Position numbers and translations under genes: made by a program
NCBI GenBank assembly: GCA_028023455.1
Contig: JAQFVV010000010.1
Span: forward strand, 5,394,001-5,458,000
Origin: Epiperipatus broadwayi
Taxonomy: Eukaryota > Animalia > Onychophora
Reading direction: 5' to 3'
Length of the DNA: 64,000 bases
Notes under the pieces: model-generated
The model's database searches: none
What the model was told of the DNA's origin: nothing
The model's input: only the letters and a program-made list of their open reading frames with translations
Shown here: one piece after another, positions 13,500 to 25,134 of the stretch
How the letters are laid out: every line of letters begins with the position of its first letter
How positions within the stretch are numbered: the first letter of the stretch is position 1

Positions 13500-14699
13500 A
13501 TTACCATTACTGCTGAATACTCATCTGCAATCATCAGTACACCAATAAAAATAACTACCACCTTTGGAGGAGCTAATGAGGACTCATTCATAAACATAAG
13601 GAAAAAAACCAAAATCTGCAGAAAACCATGGTTTTAACTTTTTTAAAAACCTTTCACTTGGTAAGACAATATCATTATAATTCTTCTGAGACTTTAAAAT
13701 TAAAATACCTCTTATTATTATCTTTAATATTTTGTATACCTAATAATAATTGCTATTATCTAAGCAACAATTTTATATATTTGTTACTAAAAAATTGTTA
13801 ATTTTTTTATATTAATCCATTTAGTTTGTATTTGTCTTACTGAACTCAATTCAAACATTATGCTATTAACAATACCTTATGCTATTAATATCCATAACCC
13901 TGAGAAATCATGCAAACCACTGGTAGACATGCAGGGATAGTGGTAATAATTTCCAAATGATGATGATCAGGCATTAGTAAGTCATCCAGAAGTAAACTTT
14001 TTAATTAGAAGGTTTGGTGCCTTAAAGTTTTTTATTATTATTATTGAAACTGAAAAACCAATTAAAAATACTTATGGGAAAACTTATACTTAGTTTACAC
14101 TTTAGTTCTAGGTTACAAATCATCATCATTATTACAAAGGTATGGTTAATATTCTTATATATATATATATATATTTACATTTAATCATTTTAAATCTAAA
14201 TATTATTATTGCTTGACTTGTCAAAATTTACTGTTACATATTCAGTGCATCTAATGTATGGCCTGAACATTTTCTTCTGCTTAACTTATGTACAGTTACA
14301 TAATGTACTGAATATAAGAGTATAATAAAGTAATTGTTGTGTAGAATAAATAACAGGTAATAAATATTTAGAAGGAGAAATAAGATTAGAAAATTTATAA
14401 AATGTATATGAACTAACATTTTATGAAAGCAGTAATTTGAGCCTAGACAGGGAAATATTTAATAAATAGCAGTATATAAATAAGTAAATATTAAGACAGG
14501 TGTATCATATTATTCTGGAGACAATTGTATATGAAGAATTGGGACTGGTGTGTTTATTTAATGATTGTATATAAATAAAAAATATTTGTTTGTAAGTCCA
14601 GAAAAGAAAAAGAATAAGTAAATAATAAGAGTAATCAATAGGAGTGTTATAGAACACAAAAATAAAAGTTAAAATATTCTATAATAAGAATAATAATTC

Positions 14700-15780
14700 A
14701 CAGATCCATCTGCAATTCAAGAGCCAATACAGAGCAAAAATCTATTCAAACAGTGCAAAAATCTTCAGAATAGAAACCAGGCATATTCATTATTTAAATG
14801 CTGTATGAATTTATGAAAGAAATGCATTCAAAAAATGAAGAATAGCAACAAAAAAAAAAGATGAAGAAAAGCAACAAAAAAGAGAGAAAAAATCTGAAGA
14901 AAAGCAACAAAAGAGATATAAAAAAAAACTTAAAGAAATGCATTTAAAAAATGAAGAAATACAATGAAGGAATCAGGAAAAGAATTTAAAGAAATGCATT
15001 TAAAACTTTAGAAAAAAAGTGACAAAAATGACATACCAAATTTATGAAAGAAGTGAAACAGAGACATGAAAAAAATGCTTAAAAAGTGGACAAAAATTTT
15101 GAAGTAGTACATGAAGAAGAAGAAAACTCACATAAAATAAATAGTGAGGATAAAAGTCAAGAGCTTAATGAAGTAAAGATAGAAAAAAACTTTTATAAAT
15201 AAAAATGAAGAGAAAGCTTTGTGAGATGATTTGTTGCAACATGAGATAGCAGATAATTTTAATAGTAATGAAGTTAAGAATTTTGCAGATGAGTGTCAGA
15301 GTTCATTGTTTAAGGAATCTTTTTTGAGATTTTTCCTTTAAGAAGGTGAATTCTGCTGCATAAATATTAAAAGAAGGAATAAGGAAAAAGAAGAATATAT
15401 GAAAAAAAAAAAAAAATAGAAGTGCTCAGCATTGTAAAGCCTACAAAATAAAAAAGCTAAATAATATATTAAGATCAAAAAAGATAAAATGCTCCAAAAG
15501 TATCAAGTTTGAATCCATTGATTATCTTTGACTGATTGTCAAGATCCACTGCTAGTGCAGGAAATGAAGAAGAAAATGGAAAAGAGAAAAAAGAAAGTAA
15601 AAGGTTCACTCCAAAATGAAAAGAATATTAGATTTTCTGAATTATTCCAAATGATATCTCCATCACTAAAGTAATACCTGGAGAGAGGTAAAGTTTGATT
15701 TTAGAAATAAAGGATGGCTTATTCTCTGTCAACCCTGGATCTGTTTAAAAGGACAAATGTTTCATGAAAAAAAATTACAA
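14700..15780 (+). mobile_element. Possible decayed gag-like, K/E/Q-rich coiled-coil remnant of an LTR element
   Basis: Purine-rich repeated modules (aaagaaatgcatt; gaagaaaagcaacaaaa) directly downstream of LTR-like copy 2. No intact ORF or diagnostic motif. Confidence 0.3.
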
Positions 15781-15879
15781 TGTATTAAAAATTTATGGCA
15801 ATCCAGAAAGTGACAATTAAAATTTCCAAAAGGACAAATTACCAACCTGCTTGAATGCAAGAATAACTTTTACTGATAA

Positions 15880-17115
15880 TATTAAGTAAAAAAAAGTTAA
15901 AACCATGGTTTTCAGTAGATATTGCTTTTCCCCTATATTTATGAATGAGTCCTCATTAGTCCCTCCAAAGATGATAGTTATTTTGCTTGCTACACTGGTA
16001 ATGTTGAATGCAGTATTCAGCAATGTTAGTGCTCTTAATCAGTAGTTCTAATAGATTTTATGATACAGTCCACTTCTTTTCTGGACTAAAGCATATAATG
16101 GCTAGTTATAGTAAACTTAAGCATTAATCTCTGGATCCAATTGCATCTCAGTGTGATTGTTTTTAGCCACACATACTAAATGGTCTAATGCTTACAAATG
16201 ACATAATTGTTATGCTGGGTTTTAGTACTGAAAATTTTTTTCATGTCAGCAAGCTATGGGAATCCAAACTATGGTGGAAAACTCTTTTCATCAATAGTTT
16301 CTCTTTTCTGCATAGGATCACTGCAACATTGCTTTTTGAGTTAAGGCAAGTAGAGTGAACTGCCCTTGTGGCTTCTTTCACCTATTTATACCTTACTTGT
16401 TATTATTTGCACTAATTGTTGGATTCATGATGCCTTTCAAACAACAATTTTATCAAAAGCTAGTTACAATATTCTTTACAAGAACGTATTTTTTGATAAA
16501 CATTTTCTTCACTTTTTTACATGTTGTGGAAACAAATAATTTTTTTTTAAATGTCATAGCATTGGCTGGGACGCGAACCCGCAACCCGGGCAACTGCCTG
16601 CAAGTGCAAGGCAGTTGCGCTGACCTCTCGACCACCAATGCAAGACAACAAATAATTTTACATATATTTTTAAATTACATCATTATTTATAACTAAGTGA
16701 TTGAAAGAAAAAAAAATTTTCTCTCATTATTTATGTTAGAAATAGGAAGAAAAAATATCATTACCGACTTTAAAAAATTGATCAAGAACTTGCTTACTTT
16801 TATTAACTCATAATTTTAAACAATATATGTAGATTTGCCATTTAATTTACTTTAAGAATTGGCAAATTTTTAATTTAAAATTCCATTTAGAAGGCAAATC
16901 AGAAAGAAGCACAAAATATTCAAAATCCCTATAAGCCAATGCAATTCAAATCCTTGCAGGCATCAAAACTATTTTTCTTTCTTTTTTTACAGTACATCAT
17001 ATCATTTTATTATTTTTAAACTATTACAAATTAACTTTCCATTATAAAATAATTAATATGATTAAATGTATAAACTAATTTTTCTTTCAATTTTTTTTTA
17101 AACTGATATACAATT
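15880..17115 (-). mobile_element. LTR-like repeat C, copy 3 (truncated)
   Basis: Colinear with 9200-10270 and in the same orientation as copy 1. Hosts the tRNA-derived SINE. Confidence 0.6.
16544..16646 (-). mobile_element. tRNA-derived mini-SINE or pre-tRNA retrocopy
   Basis: Minus strand: gtctt + GCATTGG TGGTCGAGAGGT...GGGTTCGCGTCC CAG CCAATGC (16641-16559) + tatgacattt + A-tail. 13-bp TSD aacaaataatttt (16531-16543 and 16647-16659). A and B boxes are present. Confidence 0.85.
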
Positions 17116-17560
17116 ACAGACCTATCAGCCTTTTATCAGTTTTTGTCTAGAGAGAATATTGGATTTCAACCAACCAAGAGAACAAGCTGGATTTAAAAGT
17201 GATTTTAGTACAGTAGATCATATCCATGTATTGAGAGAAGTTATAGAAAGGACCAATAAATATGAGTTGCCATTATGCTTTGGATTTGTAGATTATGAAA
17301 AGGCATTTGATTCTATAAGCATTTCTTCAGTGATTAAAGCATTGGATCATCAAAGTATAAACTCAGAATATTGTCATATTCTGAAGAATATTTATAAAAA
17401 TGCAACAATAACAATTAGATTACATAATGGTACTAGGAATGCTAATATTGAAAAGGGTGTAAGCTAGGGTGATACCATATGTCTAAAACATTTTACAGCA
17501 GTACTGAAAGAAGTATTTTGTGGATTAAAATGGGAAGGGTTAGGGTTATATCTACATTGT
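17115..17560 (+). mobile_element. RTE-clade reverse transcriptase fragment
   Basis: ORF 17159-17467 contains QPREQAGFKSDFSTVDHIHVLREVIE...FVDYEKAFDSI...KGVS*GDT. Confidence 0.9.
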
Positions 17561-20500
17561 GTTTAAACTTAGTTCTGTCATAAAACAATCTTAATTGCCC
17601 ATATAACATATTTTTGTTGTAGCCCACACTTACTAAATCATTAACATATTTCTCAAGATTCCTCTTTCTATCTGTTTTCTCCAATCATGAGAAAAATACT
17701 GGACATAAATTTTACCCTCAAATAATTAATACTGACTGCAATGAACCTAATGATATATAAGAGGAAGATAAAAGAAGTCTGGTTTATTGCCAAGTCTAAT
17801 AATGTTATCAAAGAAACACTGGAATATTATCCTGTCAATTTAGTTAAGTCGCCACGAGTCTGATACACTATACTGAAAGTCCGCTCGGCTAAATATTACT
17901 AATATCATTGAATTATTTCACTCTGTCTGGCCCATAAATATAAGTATGTGTATAATTTACATTATAGACTGAGAGTTATTTGTTGATTTATTTACACCTT
18001 TATAAGATATTTTTGAGAAAAAAATTTCAGTGTTTAATATCCCATAATAACAAAATTAGATAAAAATATATGGTGCTCATTCGTATGCCCATCCATCACC
18101 CTTGAGGTCACTGATGTTAGCCAAAAGGACTTAAATATACTATTTTTCAGGCCCAACTACTCAATTGATTGAAGTAGTTGATTCTTTTGACTAATGTGGG
18201 CCTAACAGCGTGTTGATTGCTCTCTCAATTCACACTTAGCCGCTAACAGCGTGTTTTGCGATCATTTTCTCTCACAATTCACCCTTAGCCGACCGTATCC
18301 GCAAGATACGAGGTGTTATTACAATGCTGACACTTAATCTATCACTACTTTACAATGATAGGGTGTGAATACTTGGATTCACAATTACTTAAGTAAGATC
18401 CTGGAAATTTTTATTTTTTTGTTCAACATATATAAAGTATTTATGGTTTTAAAAATTATCACACTCTACAAATGAAAATGAAAATTTTATAAAATCTTCA
18501 AAAAAGATAAAAAATTATTATGAAATTAATTAAATTCTAACAATTAAAATATTTGAATTAATTAGGCTACAATAGAAGTTAAAGCCTTACTAAATTTCAT
18601 TCGAATCATTCTGATATTGTATCTTGTATCTTTGTCTTTGTTTTGTTGTATTTTATTGTGCACTGTTTAATTTTAACAAATATTTTTGACAGCACTCAAA
18701 ATAATTATCTCTCTCTACTTAAAAAAAATCTTCAAATCTCAAATTTTCCATAGGTGTTCTTTGGCTCAAATAAATTTTATTTCATTTAGTTTAATTTTCT
18801 TTACTACATCATTTTTATTTCATTTTTGCACAATTCTTTGATTGATAAACAGGCTATCGGCTCAATGAGAAAATTTTAACTTTTGGGTTAATAACAGGCA
18901 AGTTATAAGACATTTTCATAACTCTACACCTATTCTTTTCCAGAGACTATGTTTCCAGATAGTGATGATGACCAGACTATCTTATAAGTAATGCAAAGAT
19001 GAATAAATTTTCTCATAACTGCAATTGAAATTCTTAATGCTGATTTAAATTAGTTTCTCCAGTAAAATAATTGCTTTTTTTTTTTAAAAAAAAAAGACTT
19101 CTGTTAATTCTTTGGGGAACATATTTTTGATGTTTTCAAACATTAGCAATTAGCAAAGGAATTTCACTTTCACTTGAAAACATAAATGAAGAAAACTTAA
19201 AAGAAAAATAGACAGGTGTTTCATCTCTTATATACTTCCTCAGTCCTTCCACATGATATTCTTAATTTCCTTAACTGAACAAGTCCCTTGTTTAAAGGAT
19301 GCAATGATGTATTATTTGTTTTTTGATCAGTCTTTTATTAATAACTCAATTAATAAATGAATATAAAAGAAAACAACATGATTAAAATGACATTTTTTCT
19401 ATCTTTACATAACGTTTTTAGTTTTATAAAAATTGAAGTTAGAATTTTAAAACTGACTTTATATACATTAATTATTAAAATAAAATAAAAAAAATTATTT
19501 ACCTTACAAATATACAAAAATTCATTTCACAATCCCCAATTTTCAATCTATACATTAATTTCAGTAATGTTTTAATTATACAAATAGTATGTGAAATAGT
19601 TACAAATATTACAAACAATTCTGGGGCCAAAAACTTTACTCACCACTAAAAATACAATAGTTTTTTTTTCTTCATATTTCAATAAATATGAATTTTAACC
19701 AATAATACTTGATAATAATTTTAATTATCTTTATTTAATTTTAACTATCACAGAAAATTGAATTCATATCTTTAAAAGTGTAAATAATTAAAAATTTTGG
19801 AAAAAAATATTCATATAGTTAGACAACATATATAACTAGTTTTTATTTTAAATAGTATAAATGCTTTTTTTTTTCTTATTTCATATATGTACACACATTT
19901 TTAAAAAAATACTATACACATGTTAATGTTACAGTTTTAATTTTATAATAACAATATTTCATGACTAATAATAGAAAGTTAAATAACTTCTGATATGTCC
20001 ACATACTCCTAACCTTTTATTTATTAACTAAAAGATTTTTTATATCATAATATATATATAATGAAAAAATTCTTGATAGGCTCAATCTATATTCTTGAGG
20101 AGTTATAGGTGAAAGAAACTTTGTGTGTATGTATATATAATAATAACAACAAGTCTTAATAATAACCATATCAGAATTATAAATTATATATAAACAACAA
20201 ATATAGAATAAAAGCAATGTATGGAGACAGGACACATATAAATCACTTTTCAAGGAAGTTATGATACAAAACATAGTAAACAAAAACAAATAATTCACTT
20301 TCATGTATGATATTTAATAATTTAAAATATTACATTAACAGAAAAATTTATATTTAAAGTAGAGAATAATATATCAATTTGTCACAAGGGATTTATAAAT
20401 ATAACAATAAAGTTTTTGAAATATAGATTTCACTATTGTTATTTTATATCTCTTTATTAGATGAAAGGAAATAAATATTTTTAATTATCTCTTTTTGAAC

Positions 20501-20701
20501 AAAAGATTTATTTTATTATATATTTTTACTAGACTGAAAAGAGTTTATATGTTAATTGTCTCTTTTTGAACTGAGAATAGAATGAAGTTTCTAGTTATGC
20601 TCATATAAAACATTTTATCTAATAAAGAATCATCTTTTATTATCATTTATAATTTTTGATATATATAAATGAAACTAAAAAGAGAATTATATATATCAAA
20701 A

Positions 20702-20835
20702 TTTTGAACATTTGAAAGAAAAAAAAGATTATTCAGTATTAGAACTTTTAAAACTTGATTATGTTTTCGATTGCTAAGGCCAGCAAGTTTTAAAGATTCT
20801 AATACTGAATAATCTTCTTTTTCAAATGTTCAAAA
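20702..20835. repeat. Hairpin (MITE-like) with ~55-bp arms and ~26-nt loop
   Basis: ttttgaacatttgaaa...gattattcagtattagaa...aaaacttg is inverted by caagtttt...ttctaatactgaataatc...ttcaaatgttcaaaa. Confidence 0.7.
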
Positions 20836-21609
20836 CATTTATATATACATTACAATTAGCAGAAGAAGAAAAAAAACTATAAAAAAAAGAATTAGTTTTT
20901 ATTAAAATAATACATTTCCAAAAGGTAGTCCTTCCTCATAAAATTATGTCAACATACTCTAGAAAAACCAGTATATCATGAAAATTAAATAAAAAAAACA
21001 TTACAACATCTTAGAAAAAACCTAGAGCCAACAAAGGATTTCCCATCTATCAATTTTATCTATCAAAAAAGGACAACTTATGAATTTTTGGAGAAAGTGC
21101 ATATCACAGATGAACCAAGTGAATTCTCTATATAAGAACTGTTTGATTAAGTTCCCATGCACAAAAATTAATGACAAAATCATTATAAACTCAAACTCTA
21201 TATAAGCATGAAATACATAAGTAACACTTAAAGAGAAAAATATGAATAATAAATTATGTTAGATATCAAATTAGAAGTAGCATATCTATCATATAGTCAT
21301 CTCAAAATCAAAAAAGGAATTCATTAGCAATTGCAGATTCTAGAAAGACTTTTATTTTGTAAACAATAATAATACATTGTTTTCTGTTGCTGTTATTGTT
21401 GTACAATTTATTTTGTTATTTAATTAATTATAAGAAACTATTCTGCACATTATAGTAGATAGATTTAATTGTTAATCAATTTCAAATTGATAACAATTTA
21501 AAAATAAAATGTTTCCTTAAATTTGCAAATAAGTTATTTTGTTTGATGGTAATTAGTTAATTCAAAATTATATAGAGATCAGGTTATAAGAGAAAATGCT
21601 TATAATCTA

Positions 21610-23740
21610 TAAATCTAAAGCATAATGGGACTCATATTCATTGGACCTTTCTATAACTTCTTTCAATACTTGGATATGACCTACTGTACTAAAAGCACTT
21701 TTAAATCCAGCTTGTTCTTTTGGTTGGTTGAAATACAATGTTCTCTGTACATGAGTTGTAATTATCTTGTTTTGTATAAAACTGATAAAAGCCTGATAAG
21801 TCTGTAACTTCTAATGTCTTCTTTATCATCTTTTTTAAATATTAATACTGCATTCTTCCAATCATCTAATACATCTTTATCATTTAGACATTTGTTATAT
21901 AACTTGGCCAAAATTTTTTCTGTTTCTTCGCCTGCTTCTCTAATTGCATGTTTCACTTCTTCATTTAAAATCATGGGCAATTTGGAAAATATAATAGATG
22001 TAGTAGGTACTTGTTCTTTATTACTATATAATTCTTGATAGAACTCTTCTAACCACTATCCATTTCATAATGTCATCTCTCATTTTAGTAATAGTTGCAT
22101 CTTTTTCTCTTATTACAAATATGTTTCCTACCAATACCAAAATGTTATTTTACAGTCTTCAGATTTTTATTCTCTTCTACAACTTTCCTTGCTAGTTCAC
22201 AATTATACTTTCTTATATCATTATCAACTCTTTTTCACACCATTTTACAAAATTCGAGATATTCAATACTTCTTAATACATCATTTTTATATATCTTTAT
22301 ATTTCTTCTTTTCTTCATAAATTCTCTAGACTCAGTACAAATTTTATTGGTTTCAATTGCTCACTTTTTCTACTAGTTATCTTTGTTGCAGTTTTTAAAA
22401 GTGTATCAATTATTTTCCTATTAATTTCATTCAAATCTGAATCATGTTCAAAATCTACTAATATTTGAAAATGATTTGCAAGTTCTAATTTAAATTCATT
22501 AGAAGGTTTATGAAAATTAGGGATATTAACTGTAAATATTGTTTTTCTTAATAATTTTTGTTTTTCTAGTTTTGCATTAATACATATCTTACATCTTATT
22601 AACCGATGATCAATTCCTGTGTTAAATTTATTAAGGACATTACAATCTCGAAATATATATTGTAAGGATACACTTGACTTACCACCAAATAGCACCACCC
22701 ACGCACCCATCTTAAAGACTAAACCTACCAACAATAGTCAAAAGCACATTATTAATTATATTTAATTTTGTGTAAAATTGTCCATTTCCTTTTAAAATTT
22801 TTCTCAAAAAAACAATTCATAATATATGGTTTTTCTTTTTCTGCAGACTTCACAAGTCCATGTCCTCTCTAATTTCTATTACCATAACCAAATTTATCTA
22901 TAACACTTTTATCTTTCATTTGTTTACCAATTCTAGCATTAAAGTCTATCATAACAATTTTAAAATATTGTTTAGTCTGATCAAAAGCTTTTTGTACATC
23001 CATATAAAAATCTTCTACTACTTCATCACCATGAAAATTTGTTGGGGCATAAACCTGAATAATATGCATTTGGTATCTGCTATTAAGTTGAATAACTAAT
23101 CTTGCCATCCTGTCCAATACACCAATCAATCTCCACAATGCTGTTCTTCCATTTTTTATTTATAATGAATTCTACTCCACTTGTACTACCAATATTTGTG
23201 CTTTGGTAATAGAGTACATGTCCACTTTTTAAATCAAATGTCTCTTCACCTTTCCTTCTAACTTCACAAAGTCCAATAATGTCTCATTTAATATGAGATA
23301 ATTCTTTCAATTTTTGCAATCTTCCTTTACTTGAAAGTGATCTGCAGTTGTAAGACCAGAAATAAAAAGTTGTCATCAAATGGCAGCCTGGATCTGCAAT
23401 CAGGGATTTTTAATACTCTCCGCCATGGGCCACCAACTGCTGCCTTGGCTAGTGAACTTTACAACCTCTTGGGAATAAGGGCCATAATTTATTTTTGTCT
23501 GTCATGATTGTATATATTTATTAGAAAAAAAAAATTCATTTACACACACATTCATTCTGCCTTATCAGGCAACTGAGAAAAAAGACCATGGTGTTTCTTG
23601 ATCTTAAACTCAAAGGTAAAAAGTCAATAAACTCACTATACTGGCTAATGCATGTTAGTGAGCAACCCATCCATGTTCATATATGAATAAAAACAGTAAT
23701 AACAGCTGCAACAACATGCATGGAGTGGACATTAGGAATT
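21610..23740 (-). mobile_element. Decayed RTE-clade LINE: 5' UTR, endonuclease and RT N-terminus; 3' part missing
   Basis: ORFs 22869-23138 (IIQVYAPT...VEDFY..DFNARIG), 22315-22734 (NTGIDHRLIR) and 21762-21980 (WKNAVLIFKKDDKEDIRSYRLIRLLSVLYK). Confidence 0.9.
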
Positions 23741-25134
23741 TACCCTGTTCGGTTCCTTTAAGGCCTCCAAGAAAAATCTAAGGGTTTCCTTTCAGTTAAC
23801 AGCAAACCCCTTTCTGCTGCCAACACTTGAGTAAATATATATATAACTGTGATCGAACATTTCTTGGTAGGGATTCTTTCAGCAGTTTGTAATGATGCTT
23901 CATAATTTGGGCTGGCATTTGCTTTGATAACATTTACATGTATTTAATTTAATTTTATTATTTTTTTCTTCCTTTCAAGGCAAAGATAAAATGACACATA
24001 ATTTTTCTTGATAAAAATGAATTTCTTTCTCTGACTTAATTTGTTTAATGCAAGTTGCTCACAAATATATGCTGGCTCATCATTAAATTTCCTTAGTTGC
24101 ACTGTGACTTGGAACTGCTTTAAAATATCATTTCAAGTTACCAAAGATTTTTCTTTTTCTTAGTCAATAAATATAACCTAGGTTCAAAGAATAGACATAA
24201 AGTAGAGTTAAGAATTAAAAGAGTTTCTAAAGCAACTCAGAATTACATATCTTTTGATTCAGCTTTGTTTTTCATAACCTTAGTGATTTGTTTTTCATAA
24301 ACTTCGATACCTTAATTATTTTTAATTACAAGAAAACACTTTAATTATTTAATAAATTGAATTGTTAACTTGAAGTAAGTTACATTATATCTATCTAATA
24401 TAACTTACTTTCTTACTCTACTATCCACAAACACAGAAATACTACTCTTTTTAATCTATTTTTTTAAAGATCTATTTTTTTAATATTATCTTAATTATGT
24501 TGTTGTCACACATACCAACATAAATCCCACCATACATTCTTTTAAGTACGTTTTTTCTTAATTCTAAATCTTTCATTTTCTGATAACAAAAACTAGCTAT
24601 ATTAATTTATTTGATATTATAAAATATTATTTAGTTGTTGTTTTTCTTTTCAATTTAAATCCTTCATATTTTACTAATAAAACCTATTACATTATTATTT
24701 TGACAAATTTATTACAAAATATTATTTATAATAATTTCAATGCCATTTTTTATTATTCAGACTCGCAATTACTGTTAACCAGATGTCTACCATGAAATAT
24801 AAAATCACATGGCTGACTATGAAACAAAACATTATCTATTTCAATATATATATATAACCAGTTTTTAAGTAGTCTACTGCAGGATTAATCTTCTTCAGCA
24901 ACCTCTCACTTGTTTTAAGCTCTAGCTAAAAATATCTGGATACCTATTTGTTGATTAAAAACTGACTGGCAGCAAATAGAGCTTGCTGGCTTTGGGTCAG
25001 CTATTGAAAAAAAAAAAAAAAATTAAGCTATTTTGGAACTCAAAAAATGTTTAAATTTCACTCAAATTCGATCCCAGTTTATGGCAAAGGCAAGCTGATG
25101 AAAACATCATTGTATAATGAGGCCCATAATATAT

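Larger units (their letters stand above)
11956..14238 (+). mobile_element. LTR-like repeat C, copy 2, with nested family A insertion
   Basis: Runs tgtatactag...ctgttaca, with internal gtataaatagg (TATA-like) near 12590. About 1.77 kb after removing the 12996-13508 insert. Confidence 0.6.

Noticed and set aside
16559-16641. Functional tRNA gene
   Set aside because: The T-stem has two mismatches, the anticodon loop is duplicated, and an A-tail and TSD indicate retroposition.
16355-16696. 113-aa and 61-aa ORFs over repeat C copy 3
   Set aside because: They exist only because the GC-rich SINE interrupts an AT-rich repeat; the other copies are not open.
17855-17895. Hammerhead-like ctgatac...gaaagtc
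   Set aside because: The core is CUGAUAC rather than CUGANGA, and stems II and III do not form.
18960-19045. C/D-box snoRNA candidate (GTGATGA...CTGA)
   Set aside because: No terminal stem or recognisable rRNA guide; such motifs are expected by chance.
19190-19340. Alternative candidate for the Vps54 D-K-I-A-Q exon (HPLNKGLVQLRKLR...)
   Set aside because: It has no usable splice sites, and the exon at 7031-7130 fits sequence and phase.
23380-23480. HDV-like ribozyme in the RTE 5' region (GCTAAG resembles J4/2)
   Set aside because: The segment is the RTE N-terminal coding sequence (GGAKNL-like), and no P1/P2/P3 double pseudoknot could be built.
23950-24300. BEL/Pao gag zinc-knuckle-like remnant
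   Set aside because: Only a vague C...YLCLER resemblance with stops; too weak to call.
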